From NCBI GenBank assembly GCA_029263295.1, contig JAJCXT010000090.1, forward strand, positions 390-64,389: a DNA stretch of 64,000 bases, written 5' to 3'. The translations under genes were made by a program, and so were the position numbers. Below are positions 34,268-43,860 of the stretch, piece by piece (the first letter of the stretch is position 1; each line of letters begins with the position of its first letter). Source of the DNA: Acidobacteriota bacterium (GTDB taxonomy: Bacteria; Acidobacteriota; UBA890; WLXD01). The notes beneath the pieces were generated by a model. It worked only from the letters and a program-made list of their open reading frames with translations, was not told the origin of the DNA and made no database searches.

Positions 34268-36517
34268 CTACCGCCAGGAGGCCCGCGGCAGGGCCAGGAG
34301 GACAGGTTCGCTGCCCTCGACAACCTGGTAGGCGCTATCGAGCTCCAGTTCGCCAAGGTTCTGGACCGTGCGGCTGCCGGCCCAGACGATTTCCGCGGCG
34401 GTGATTCGCTCCGCACGCCCCAGCCCCATCTCGACGCGCAACGGGTTGCCCCCGAAGCTGGCGCCGGTCCCGACCCGGAGGTAGATCGAGCGCGATCCCT
34501 CGGGGCCCTCCACGTCAACCCTCACCCGGCTGCCAATAGCGCTGCGGTTGGCCTCGACGCCCACGAGCTGCAGCTTGAGCCAGTGATTGCCGAAGCCCGG
34601 GTTCTCGTAGAGCGCGTCGGGGTACGGATCGGACAGGAGCATGCCCCCCATCTGCCCGAACACATCCTGGTCGCCGTCGTTGTCCAGATCGGCGAAAACG
34701 ATCGCATGCCCCTTGGCGAGGTGACCGAAGCCGCCCGAGAACGTGATCTCCTCGAAGCGCGCGCCACCGAGGCCTCGGTACATCGCGTTGGGCACCAAAG
34801 CCTCGTATGTTGGATAGCCGGTACCGAGGTAGTGATCCAGCCACCCATCGTTATCGAGATCGCCGAAGTTGGCGCCCATCGGGAACCTGACACCGGCCAG
34901 GCCAGCACTCTCGCTCGCATCACGTAGCCCGCCGGTGCCGTCACCCAGAAACAGACGAGAGCTTGGAGACGGCGCAGGCTGCCCTGTCCGGCTGGCGGCA
35001 ATCTGCCATACGGCGGGGGCCTCACCTGACATTGCCACCGGCTGTGACCCGTTAACGAGCAGATCGAGGTTCCCATCGTTGTCGACATCCCAGAACCAAG
35101 CCACAAAGCTGGCCTCCGGCGCCTGCACGCCCTGCTGCCCAGCAACGTCGGTGAAGGTGCCGTCGCGATCGTTGCGATAGAGACGGTTCCGGCCCTGGTA
35201 ATTCGACACGAAAAGGTCCGCGAACCCATCGTCGTCATAGTCGCCCCAGACGACGCTCTTGGCGCGTCGATCGTTCGTCACGCCGGCCGCAGCCGCGACC
35301 TCGACGAACGTGTCGTCGCCCACGTTCTCGAACAGATGTGAGGGAAAGACAGCGTCGTCAGTCGTCTCGTTGCCAACGTAGAGATCGAGATCCCCATCAT
35401 TGTCGTAGTCGGCCCAGCCGGCGGTTTGGGTAGGCGAGTCCAGGCCGTCGCCGGCGAGACCAACCAGGTACGTAACGTCGGTGAAGTGAAAGTCTCCATC
35501 GTTGCGCAGCAGCGAATTCGGCCACGCGCCCGTACTGCGCCACCAGGCGCCACGCAGGACGAGCACATCGAGGTCGCCGTCGTTGTCGTAGTCGGCTTGG
35601 ATCAGATTGAGCCCACCGGTGATGGCCTGCAGTCCCGCCAGCTCCGAGACGTCGACAAAGCCGGCGACGCCGGCATTCCGGAACACGCGAATCGCAGCCT
35701 CGGTGTCGAGACTCGAGACCATCAGGTCGAGCAGGCCGTCGCCATCGAGATCGTCGGCCACCACACCGCCGGCGAAGCTAAGGGTCGCCACTCCAAGCCT
35801 CGGCGCGATGTTCTCGAAGCGGGCAAAGTCGGTTTCCGGCGCGAACACGGCGGGATCGATCTGCAGCTCAGCGGCGAGATCGCCCTGCGATCCGACCAGG
35901 AGCGCCGCGATATTGAGCAGCCACTTGGCCGCCAGGTGCAGCGGCTCCCCGGGCGGGATGTTGCGCACGATGTCGGCAAAGAGCGGCATAGCCCGCAGGG
36001 CACTCGACGGATCCTCCAACACCGCCGTCGGTGCGACCGGCAGGATGCACGACTCGCCGGTGTGTCGCTTCACGCAGTTGTCCGTCTGCGCCTGACGGAG
36101 GTGCGAGACGGCCAGCAGAAACACGGTGGTGATCGCGATGCCCTGCCGCGATTCCGGCGGGAGCTGTCCGAGCCGATCCAGCACCCCCTGGAAGAGCGGG
36201 ATCGCCGCCTCGACATTGCCCAATTTCAGCTCAGCGTCAGCCAGAAGCCCTGCGGCGCGAACCCGCTCCTCGACCGATGCGGTGGCAGGCATGGCCTCAA
36301 ACGCCGCTCGGGTCGCGTCACGCGCCTGAACGTACCCACCCCCGTGCGGATGCTGTCGCGCGATCTCCGCCAGACGCGCCGCCATGCGCGCGTGCGAATC
36401 CCGCGCCGCAGAGTTCTGCGCGCCCGTGGCACCGCTCGCCCAGAAGGCGCAAGCCAGCGCGAGCAGGCAAGCCGCAACTCGCCTCAGATTCGGTTCGGCC
36501 CTCGCAGAGATCTTCAC
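34268..36517 (-). CDS. CRTAC1-family protein: TPR-like N-terminus, FG-GAP/VCBS repeats, C-terminal ASPIC/UnbV domain
   Basis: Signal peptide is present. Repeated DxDxDGxxD motifs occur (DLDGDGLLD, DYDNDGDLD twice, DVDNDGNLD, DLDNDGWLD, DLDNDGDQD). C-terminal NHWLKLQLVG...NRSAIGSRVRV is typical of ASPIC/UnbV. Confidence 0.85.
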   Translation of the reverse strand: MKISARAEPNLRRVAACLLALACAFWASGATGAQNSAARDSHARMAARLAEIARQHPHGGGYVQARDATRAAFEAMPATASVEERVRAAGLLADAELKLGNVEAAIPLFQGVLDRLGQLPPESRQGIAITTVFLLAVSHLRQAQTDNCVKRHTGESCILPVAPTAVLEDPSSALRAMPLFADIVRNIPPGEPLHLAAKWLLNIAALLVGSQGDLAAELQIDPAVFAPETDFARFENIAPRLGVATLSFAGGVVADDLDGDGLLDLMVSSLDTEAAIRVFRNAGVAGFVDVSELAGLQAITGGLNLIQADYDNDGDLDVLVLRGAWWRSTGAWPNSLLRNDGDFHFTDVTYLVGLAGDGLDSPTQTAGWADYDNDGDLDLYVGNETTDDAVFPSHLFENVGDDTFVEVAAAAGVTNDRRAKSVVWGDYDDDGFADLFVSNYQGRNRLYRNDRDGTFTDVAGQQGVQAPEASFVAWFWDVDNDGNLDLLVNGSQPVAMSGEAPAVWQIAASRTGQPAPSPSSRLFLGDGTGGLRDASESAGLAGVRFPMGANFGDLDNDGWLDHYLGTGYPTYEALVPNAMYRGLGGARFEEITFSGGFGHLAKGHAIVFADLDNDGDQDVFGQMGGMLLSDPYPDALYENPGFGNHWLKLQLVGVEANRSAIGSRVRVDVEGPEGSRSIYLRVGTGASFGGNPLRVEMGLGRAERITAAEIVWAGSRTVQNLGELELDSAYQVVEGSEPVLLALPRASWR

Positions 36518-36613
36518 GGCGACCGATTATAGGGATCTCGGGGTGTCCCGGGCCACCCCGATACCTGCGTGGTGTGCCGAGTACCACCGTACCCTATGAG
36601 CAATCGTCCCGGA

Positions 36614-37036
36614 TCAGTCGCTAGAGACGACGGCTCCGTGCTCCATGATGAAGACCTGCGCGCCGTGTTCGCCGACTGTCTGGAACACGCCTTCGGCGAC
36701 GATGTAGTGCTCAGTGGCGGTGATTTCACGCCAGTCGATGACACCGTCTTCGACCTTCACGTTGATCTGGTTGCCCTGACCGTCGTCAATCGACGCCCAG
36801 CAACCCATGTTCTGGCACAGGGCCACGATCACGCCTTCCACCTGCACGATCTCGCCCTCGAAGGCCTCCGGGTCTGCGTTCAGGTCGGCGATGGGAGTGC
36901 TACCGGTCAACTCGACACCAGCCAGGATACTCTCGCCGTTGGCGAGCGTTTCGGCACGCCGGTCGACGGCCCCGACCGCGACAGTGGAAATGGCCAGTAC
37001 GAGCACGAGTCCAAGAGCAGCGTCGCGACAGCGCAT
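36614..37036 (-). CDS. DUF4920-domain secreted protein
   Basis: Signal peptide is present. GEIVQVEGVIVALCQNMGCWASIDDG...AEGVF is the pattern I associate with DUF4920. ATG 37036 is preferred over TTG 37042. Confidence 0.65.
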   Translation of the reverse strand: MRCRDAALGLVLVLAISTVAVGAVDRRAETLANGESILAGVELTGSTPIADLNADPEAFEGEIVQVEGVIVALCQNMGCWASIDDGQGNQINVKVEDGVIDWREITATEHYIVAEGVFQTVGEHGAQVFIMEHGAVVSSD

Positions 37037-37164
37037 CCTCAACCTACCTTCAACGGGGTTCCATGGGAGCGGAGAATTTGGCCCATAATACGATGCCGAA
37101 ATCGTCTTTGCTTGCCTTCCGGCCGCGCTTGGAGGGAAGCGTGCCGGCGGCGCGCGTTCGGCGT

Positions 37165-39357
37165 CTAGCTCGTGGCGCTGAGGACCGTCAGTTCGACGCC
37201 GGCGTCCGTGCTCTGGCTGGTAACCAGGTCGGTCGCCTGAAGAACCAGCTCCCAGGCTCCACTGGGTAGGTCATCGGGCAGCCACAGCTGCACTCCGAGA
37301 CGCATCGCGCCGTCCTCCGGACTGCGTTCCCAGACCACACCGCCGAACCGTTCGATGAAGACGAAGTCGCCGGCTCTGTTGCGCAGCGCCACGTCGAGCC
37401 CGGCGCGCGGTTCCGCATCCGGCGCCGGCGGCGTGAGGTCGTACACAAGCGCGAAGATCTCCAGCCGCTGGCCGGCAACCAGCACCGAGGTGAGATCGGG
37501 CGTCAGGTCCCTGTCCATGATCTGGAAGGGATAGCTGACCGGGCGGCGGGCGCGATGCGTCGGTTGCTCGCCGAACTGCAGGCCGTTGAGAATCCCCCCG
37601 CCGCCCTTGACCAGGACCGGTCCGCTCATGCGCAGCCCGAACTCTGGCGCCGCGGGTACGTCGAACTGGAGCAGACGTGAGGCGATCCTTCCAGTACCCA
37701 GCTCCTGTACGACCACCCGGATGTGGTAGCGGCCGGGCGGCACCACAATCATGTTGTAGTAGCGAAGGGGCGGACCACTACCGTCGGGCGTGGTCTCGAC
37801 GTTCGAGTCGGCGCGCGTGCGGAAGAAGTCCCGCACCTCGCCACGGGAATCGATCGCCTGGCCGAGCACCTCGAACTCGAGCTTCCCGTCGTCCCGTTGT
37901 CCACGGAGCCGGGTCAGCTCGCGCGGGTCTATCTGCACCACGATGGCCGTTCGGCCGAAACCGTTGCGCACCGACACCGGCAGCGCCCGCAGTTCCATCC
38001 TCAGATCGGCACGATCGCCAGCCGACTCCAGTGCGCTCGCCAGCTCCAGCCGACTCTGCAGCGCGGTGCGCTGATCGCCCGCACCCATGAGCTCGAGCTC
38101 GCTCGGTGCCCAGGCAACCTCCGCACCGGAACGTCGCATGCGAACCTCGATATCGACGCGCTTGTCACCCTCCGCCGACATCCGGAACGCGAGCACATAG
38201 AAAGAGCGGGTCGCGGCTTCAACCTCGGCGAGACCCTCTCCCAGATTGCGGGCGTAGAACGTCGTTGTGCCGCCGGTCTCGTCGGGCAGGTAGTGCAACG
38301 CATCGCGCTCACCGAAGGAGCTGTTCCGGCCGGCGAGCGGGTCCCAGGTGCGAGCATCGTCGCCCGCCACGCGCTGGCTGACATCATCGTAGGTGGCGAC
38401 CGTCAAGGAGTCGGGCGAGAACGTGTGGATGACGGTGTCGGTACCCAGCGCTTTCGTGATCGTGTCGCCCGCCTCGTCGCGGAACCGGCCCTGAGTGAAC
38501 ACCTCGTTAGGCAAACCACTGGAGAAGAACAACACGTGCTTGCGACCCTGTTCGGGCGCCATGGCCTCAAACAGCAACGCCAGACCTCGCATCATGTCCT
38601 CGGCTCCGCGGACCATGCGTGTGGCCTCTCCCGCTGCGGCGAAAGCCTCCATTGCGGCCAGGCTGAACATCCCGTTGAGCGGCTCGAATCGCTCCCGGAT
38701 GTTGTCCGTCGCCACCGCAGTGCGGGCGGGAGCGTCGAGCCCTGTGCCGCCCGGATCGGCGCCCTCGATCACGCGCTCCGCCGCGAAGGCTCCGAGCACT
38801 TCCTCGACGCGCCGGTGGTTGGTCGTGAAGGCCACCGGGACCTCGAGTCCGCGACGCGGGCTGTAGGTAGCCAGCCCGATGACGTCGCTCGGCAACACGA
38901 CGTCCTGCACGAACTTCAACATCGCCTCGCGCGCGTAGCCCAGCGATCGCTGGTTGGCCAATGTCAGGTCGAAAAAGATCAGGAAATGCCGCCGCGCCGC
39001 AGGCGGCAGGATTGGCGGAGGCACGGCGGAGGTCGTGAATGCCGCGGCGGGATGCAGACTGGGGTCGGCCGGCAAGAGATGTTCCTCGACCCGCGTGGCG
39101 TCGCTGACCTCCAGCGCGTCGACGAGTGCTCGTGGCTGACCATCGACGATGAGCTCGAAGTCATCCACGCCCAGACCGGAGACGAACCCGCCCCCAGAGT
39201 CGGTCACTCCCACGTGGATCCGCATGACGTCGATAGACGATTCGAACTGCACGGGACTGCGATCCTGGCCGCCGCGCGCCGGCGCCGCGATCGCCAACAC
39301 TAGCGCTAGCGCCACGCCAACCGCCAGACTCACGAATCCGCGTCGATCTTGGTTCAT
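37165..39357 (-). CDS. VWA-domain protein of the VWFA-related acidobacterial type
   Basis: After the signal peptide, the N-terminus FESSIDVMRIHVGVTDSGGGFVSGLGVDDFELIVDGQP is typical of that family. A central VWA-like region is present. Confidence 0.75.
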   Translation of the reverse strand: MNQDRRGFVSLAVGVALALVLAIAAPARGGQDRSPVQFESSIDVMRIHVGVTDSGGGFVSGLGVDDFELIVDGQPRALVDALEVSDATRVEEHLLPADPSLHPAAAFTTSAVPPPILPPAARRHFLIFFDLTLANQRSLGYAREAMLKFVQDVVLPSDVIGLATYSPRRGLEVPVAFTTNHRRVEEVLGAFAAERVIEGADPGGTGLDAPARTAVATDNIRERFEPLNGMFSLAAMEAFAAAGEATRMVRGAEDMMRGLALLFEAMAPEQGRKHVLFFSSGLPNEVFTQGRFRDEAGDTITKALGTDTVIHTFSPDSLTVATYDDVSQRVAGDDARTWDPLAGRNSSFGERDALHYLPDETGGTTTFYARNLGEGLAEVEAATRSFYVLAFRMSAEGDKRVDIEVRMRRSGAEVAWAPSELELMGAGDQRTALQSRLELASALESAGDRADLRMELRALPVSVRNGFGRTAIVVQIDPRELTRLRGQRDDGKLEFEVLGQAIDSRGEVRDFFRTRADSNVETTPDGSGPPLRYYNMIVVPPGRYHIRVVVQELGTGRIASRLLQFDVPAAPEFGLRMSGPVLVKGGGGILNGLQFGEQPTHRARRPVSYPFQIMDRDLTPDLTSVLVAGQRLEIFALVYDLTPPAPDAEPRAGLDVALRNRAGDFVFIERFGGVVWERSPEDGAMRLGVQLWLPDDLPSGAWELVLQATDLVTSQSTDAGVELTVLSATS

Positions 39358-39474
39358 GGGCCCAGAGACTAGCGGGCAAGCGCGTCAGCAGACAAGTCGG
39401 CGCGTGTCTCCAAGAGCGTCGGCCATCACGGATGCGCGTCACGCCGCGGCAGCAACGCCGTGGACTTGCATATG

Positions 39475-39489
39475 GCCTACTTTGTAGGC
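39475..39489. promoter_or_regulatory. Palindrome just upstream of the ADOP permease start
   Basis: gcctac-ttt-gtaggc at 39475-39489, 13 nt before ATG 39502. Confidence 0.3.
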
Positions 39490-39501
39490 AAACTCGACGC
39501 C

Positions 39502-42243
39502 ATGTCCAAAACGAGCCCAGTTTCACCGCCCGCGCGCATCCGCCGAGGGTTGACCACCTGCCTGCCCTCCGGCTGCCGCAACATTGTCGGTGATCTCGAT
39601 GAGGAGTACCGCGACCGTGCGCGCAGTGGAGCTCGGCTTCTCGATCTCTGGTACTCGTGGCACGCGTTGCTGATCGTTGCAGCGTACGGGGCCGACGGCC
39701 TGCGCCGCCTGGTGACAGGCCGCGGCACGACCGAGAGGCTCACCTGGCCCGCGCAACTGGGACATGACGCGCGGGGCGCGATCCGGTCCCTGCGACGCGG
39801 CCCGGCATTCAGCGCCACGATTATCGCGACGTTGGGTCTCGCGATTGGCGTCGTCGTGGCACTGGTGACCGTGTTCGATGCCATCCTGATCAGGCCCTTG
39901 CCCTACCGTGAGCCCGCGCAGCTCTATCGCGTATGGGAATCGAACCCGGAGCTCGGGTTCGTACAGGATGGGCCCTCGCAAGCCAATTTCCTGGACTGGC
40001 GTCGCGAGAGCGGCGTGTTCGACGGAATGGCTGCATGGTGGGTGAGCACGGCCGTGTACACCAGCGAGGCCGACGCCCTGCAGGCGACTGTCGCCCATGT
40101 GTCGGGCGACCTGTTCGAACTCCTGGGTGCGCAGCCCCAGCTCGGACGCTGGCTCCGGCCCGAGGACGCTCCTGGAGCGTGGTACGACAACGCCGGCAAC
40201 CACTTCGGCTCTGATCGCGTCGTCGTGATCAGTGATCGATTCTGGCGCGAGAAGCTTGGACGCGACCCGGCCGTCGTGGGACGAAGACTCGAGCTCAACC
40301 GAGCGGCATGGACGGTCGTCGGCGTGATGCCGCCAAGCTTCGCGATTCCGCGCGCGGACATAGACCTCTGGAACCCCTGGGACCTCGCCGCCAAGCCCGC
40401 CGCCGAGGGCCGCCCAGTATCCCGCGACACGCGTTTTCTCGGCGTGGTCGGACGACTCGCCGGCGGCCACGACCGCGACTCGGCCGCCGCCAGGCTTGAT
40501 GCCCTGGCCGCCTCGCTGGCGGAGCGCCATCCGGCAACGAACCGCGGCTGGCAGATCCGTATCAGCCCGCTGTCGAGCGACGTCGTGGGCACTGTTCGCG
40601 CGCCGCTCAGACTTCTGCTCGCGTCGGTAGGACTGATGCTGCTCGCCGCCTGCGCCAATGTCAGCGGGCTGCTGCTGGCTCGCGGCCTGGCGCGTCAGCC
40701 TGAGATCGGCCTGCGCATGGCACTGGGAGCGTCACGGTGGCGCGTCATTTCGCAGTTGCTGTTCGAGAACATGTTCCTGGCTCTCGTTGCCGGCAGCCTG
40801 GGAACCGGACTCGCCTTCGCGATCGTGAGACTGATCGCCGCCGCACAGCCGATGGGCCTTCCGCGAGTCGACGAACTGGCGCTCGACGCGCGTGTTCTGG
40901 TCGCGGCCCTGGCCATCACTACGCTCTGCGGACTATTGGCGGGAGCGCTTCCAGCTTGGTCGGGTGCTCGAGCCGATGCCGTCGCTGGATCACGCAGCAC
41001 TCGCGGCACTGCTGGCTCGGTCGGCGGCATGCGTCTGCGGCAGTTCTTCGTCGTCACTCAGGTGGGCATCGCTGTCGTTCTGCTCACTGGCGCCGGCGTC
41101 CTGGTCCGTAGCCTGGCAGGCCTCTTCGCGGTCGATCCCGGATGGGCCACATCGGGGGTCGTAGTGGCACGAGTACCCCTCGAGAGCGGTATCGCATCCT
41201 CGGCGAACGCACGCATGGAGTTCTTCGACCAGCTTCAGAGGCGACTGGCGACGGTGCCGCAGGTAGATGCTGTGGGCGCGGTCACTGCATTGCCGATGAG
41301 TGATGTCGGGGCCGACTTCGATCGCCCCTACTGGCGTGCCGACCAACCCGACCCCGGCGCCGCCGCACCCGAAGCCTGGCTACGCATGTCCACACCAGGG
41401 TACTTTGCGGCGACCGGCCGGCGATTGGCCAACGGTCGTGACTTCGAAGCGACGGAGCGCTTCGACCTGGAAGACCCCAGCTGGCGCGATGCGGAGAGAG
41501 TGGCCATCGTAAGCGCCACTCTGGCACGCGGTCTGTGGCCTGAGGAAGACCCGGTCGGCCAGCAGTTGAGCCTGAATTTTCCAAGGCGAGTCTATCCCTA
41601 CCGTGTCGTCGGTGTGATTGAAGATGCCCGCCACCACGATCTGCGTGATGCCCCTCAGGCCGAGATCTTCCTGCCGTACTTCCAGAACCCCTACCCCGCG
41701 CTCAACGTGGCCATTCGCACGACACGGCCGGTCGAACAGATGCGCCCCGAGATTCTGGCGGCCGTGCGAGAGATCAATCCAGCCCAACCGGTCCACAGCA
41801 TCATCGGTATCGACGAACTGGTGGCCGCATCCATTGCTCGGGACCGTTTTCTTGTGTGGCTGCTAGCTGGCTTCGCGGCCGCCGCTCTCGGCCTCAGCGC
41901 GATCGGGATCTACGGATTGGTGGCCTACTGGGTCGGCTCACGGACATCCGAGATCGGCGTCCGGGTAGCGCTCGGCGCGAGCCGCGCCGACGTGGTGCGC
42001 ACGGTCCTGAACGAAGGCGTTTCACTCACGGTCGTCGGTCTGCTGGCTGGAGCGGCCGTGGCACTTCTAGCGGCAGGCGCCCTGGGCGCCCTTGTCTACG
42101 AGACGCCCGTCCGAGACCCACTGGTGCTCTCCGTGGTGGCCGCGGTGACATTCCTCACCGCCGTTGTGGCGTGTTGGGCGCCCACGTGGCGCGCTCTCCG
42201 CATGGATCCCACCACAGCGCTGCGAACTGGTGGCGGCCAATGA
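39502..42243 (+). CDS. Duplicated FtsX/MacB-type permease (ADOP family)
   Basis: The N-terminal prefix region ARIRRGL...GDLDEEYRDR aligns with the paralog at 48837, which supports ATG 39502 as the start. It has two FtsX-like four-TM modules separated by large periplasmic domains. Confidence 0.85.
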   Translation: MSKTSPVSPPARIRRGLTTCLPSGCRNIVGDLDEEYRDRARSGARLLDLWYSWHALLIVAAYGADGLRRLVTGRGTTERLTWPAQLGHDARGAIRSLRRGPAFSATIIATLGLAIGVVVALVTVFDAILIRPLPYREPAQLYRVWESNPELGFVQDGPSQANFLDWRRESGVFDGMAAWWVSTAVYTSEADALQATVAHVSGDLFELLGAQPQLGRWLRPEDAPGAWYDNAGNHFGSDRVVVISDRFWREKLGRDPAVVGRRLELNRAAWTVVGVMPPSFAIPRADIDLWNPWDLAAKPAAEGRPVSRDTRFLGVVGRLAGGHDRDSAAARLDALAASLAERHPATNRGWQIRISPLSSDVVGTVRAPLRLLLASVGLMLLAACANVSGLLLARGLARQPEIGLRMALGASRWRVISQLLFENMFLALVAGSLGTGLAFAIVRLIAAAQPMGLPRVDELALDARVLVAALAITTLCGLLAGALPAWSGARADAVAGSRSTRGTAGSVGGMRLRQFFVVTQVGIAVVLLTGAGVLVRSLAGLFAVDPGWATSGVVVARVPLESGIASSANARMEFFDQLQRRLATVPQVDAVGAVTALPMSDVGADFDRPYWRADQPDPGAAAPEAWLRMSTPGYFAATGRRLANGRDFEATERFDLEDPSWRDAERVAIVSATLARGLWPEEDPVGQQLSLNFPRRVYPYRVVGVIEDARHHDLRDAPQAEIFLPYFQNPYPALNVAIRTTRPVEQMRPEILAAVREINPAQPVHSIIGIDELVAASIARDRFLVWLLAGFAAAALGLSAIGIYGLVAYWVGSRTSEIGVRVALGASRADVVRTVLNEGVSLTVVGLLAGAAVALLAAGALGALVYETPVRDPLVLSVVAAVTFLTAVVACWAPTWRALRMDPTTALRTGGGQ

Positions 42244-42578
42244 GCGAACGCCCGTTCCTCGGCGAGTTCGAGTTGCTGATCATGCTGGCCGTGCTGAGAC
42301 TGGAGGAGAACGCCTACGCGGTGACCATCCGCCGGGACGTCGAAGCGCGCACGGGTCGGAAACTCGCGCGCGGAGCGGTGTACGTGACCCTTGATCGCCT
42401 CGCACGCAAGGGCTACCTGACGTCTTCCATGGCCGATCCGACGCCTGAACGCGGCGGCCGCGGCAAGCGCTACTACGCCGTGACGGCCGCCGGGCGTCAC
42501 TCCGTGCGCGATACGCGATCGGCGCTCAGTCAGATGTGGAGCGGCCTCGATGCTGCGATCGACGAGCCGGACAACTGA
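42240..42578 (+). CDS. PadR-family transcriptional regulator (acidobacterial ADOP-associated type)
   Basis: ATGA overlap with the permease stop. FLGEFELLIMLAVLRLEENAYAVTIRRDVEARTGRKLARGAVYVTLDRLARKGYL is present. Confidence 0.9.
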   Translation: MSERPFLGEFELLIMLAVLRLEENAYAVTIRRDVEARTGRKLARGAVYVTLDRLARKGYLTSSMADPTPERGGRGKRYYAVTAAGRHSVRDTRSALSQMWSGLDAAIDEPDN

Positions 42579-43163
42579 TCACCGGCGTCGAGTGCAGGTC
42601 GATTTCCACCCCGGGTCATCGCCGCCGGAGTGCCATTTGAAGCCCTCCGCGGTGCGCTGGTAGAAAGTCAATCCCGGGCCCGACGTCCTCCCGCCTGAGC
42701 GAAACACGAGGTCATCACCTTCGAGCCCTCCCTCCCAGACGCCAGACTGGTAGCCGGGCATACGGAAGAAGGTGATCTTCCAGTGTCCGGCCTCAGGGTC
42801 GTAGATCCTGATGTTCGAGGTATGAAAATCAGGGGTCCAATACTCGTCCTGGATACCAAAGCCATTCAGGAAGTAGTGCGCGTTCCAGATCGCCCGGAAA
42901 CTCTTGTGCGTGCCGTCCCGCTGACGAATCTCGTCGATGCAGTCGAACTCGCCGATCATGAAAGCGAACTGCGTCAGTTCCGCAGGCGCCGCCGGGTTAG
43001 GTCTCCCATAGGGATAGGCTGGATTGGGCTCGTAGGTGACATTCGGCTCCGCACCACTTCGACCGCCAGAGTCCTGCGTGGCGGCCGCGCCGGGACCCCA
43101 GCCCCCCAACGTCATACACGCGACCACTCCGACAACCGCCCGAAAACACACCGACGCGTCCAT
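42579..43163 (-). CDS. Secreted protein of unknown function (possibly DUF1579/lipocalin-like)
   Basis: GAGGAGG SD and a signal peptide are present. No catalytic motif was recognised. Its stop abuts the convergent PadR stop with zero gap. Confidence 0.55.
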   Translation of the reverse strand: MDASVCFRAVVGVVACMTLGGWGPGAAATQDSGGRSGAEPNVTYEPNPAYPYGRPNPAAPAELTQFAFMIGEFDCIDEIRQRDGTHKSFRAIWNAHYFLNGFGIQDEYWTPDFHTSNIRIYDPEAGHWKITFFRMPGYQSGVWEGGLEGDDLVFRSGGRTSGPGLTFYQRTAEGFKWHSGGDDPGWKSTCTRRR

Positions 43164-43176
43164 TCACCCGCCTCCT

Positions 43177-43641
43177 CTAGCGTTGCGGCAGGAAAGTCCC
43201 GTTGCTGAGCGTCCAGACGTAGATCGCCAGTGCGTCGTAGTCAGCCCACTCGATTTCCATGCCACCGCCGGGGTTCATCTGGAAGCGACGGCTCTCGTCA
43301 GCGAAGTCCTTGCGCCGCACGCCCCAGAAGATCGTCTCGCGAATCCCCGCCAGGTCACCGTCCGACTGGACCCACTCGGCGTCCGTCAGATCCGGACCGC
43401 TGCGGCCGCCGCTACCGCCCTCACCGTGACACCTTGCGCAAGATCCCTCGTCGAACAGCTTGCCTCCGGTCTCGATGAGATTCGCCCAGCGGCGCACCTG
43501 GTCGCGCTCGAGAAACTCCTTGACGTTTTCAGGCAGTTCAACTCGCGCCTGCTGCGCGCCCGCACTACCGGCGTCAGCGAGCAGGAGCGCGGATGTCACG
43601 ACGGCGGCGGCCAGACCGAGGGAACGACGGGAGGACAACAT
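43177..43641 (-). CDS. Class I c-type cytochrome (mono-haem)
   Basis: AAGGAG SD lies 7 nt before ATG 43641. A signal peptide and a single CARCH haem motif are present. Confidence 0.8.
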   Translation of the reverse strand: MLSSRRSLGLAAAVVTSALLLADAGSAGAQQARVELPENVKEFLERDQVRRWANLIETGGKLFDEGSCARCHGEGGSGGRSGPDLTDAEWVQSDGDLAGIRETIFWGVRRKDFADESRRFQMNPGGGMEIEWADYDALAIYVWTLSNGTFLPQR

Positions 43642-43786
43642 AGGCAATCTCCTTCGGGGAGGACGGCTCGCACGGCGGGCCGGTTCTCAGGTTTTGGGTT
43701 GCGAGTCTCGGCCGCAAGCGTAGAACACACGCGAGCCTACCAGGTGAATCAACCGCCAGGGCTTCGCAAAGAGATCGTCCGGGCGG

Positions 43787-43803
43787 TGTCAGGAAACTGT
43801 CAG
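43787..43803 (+). promoter_or_regulatory. Direct repeat TGTCAG-N5-TGTCAG upstream of the two-component operon
   Basis: tgtcag occurs at 43787-43792 and 43798-43803. The 11-bp periodicity fits OmpR-family tandem binding. It lies 58 nt before the kinase start. Confidence 0.25.
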
Positions 43804-43860
43804 AATCGCGCGTCTGGTCGACATCTCGTTGTAGTAGCCGGACACTCCGTCTACTTTTGA

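Noticed and set aside
37723-39303. 526-aa plus-strand ORF opposite the VWA gene (and similarly 46762..48408 opposite the ADOP permease, 33008..33901 and 39523..40530 on the minus strand)
   Set aside because: All are antisense to genes with family-specific motifs. They have Arg/Gly/His-rich products and no start-site signals. High GC content suppresses stop codons in the non-coding frames.
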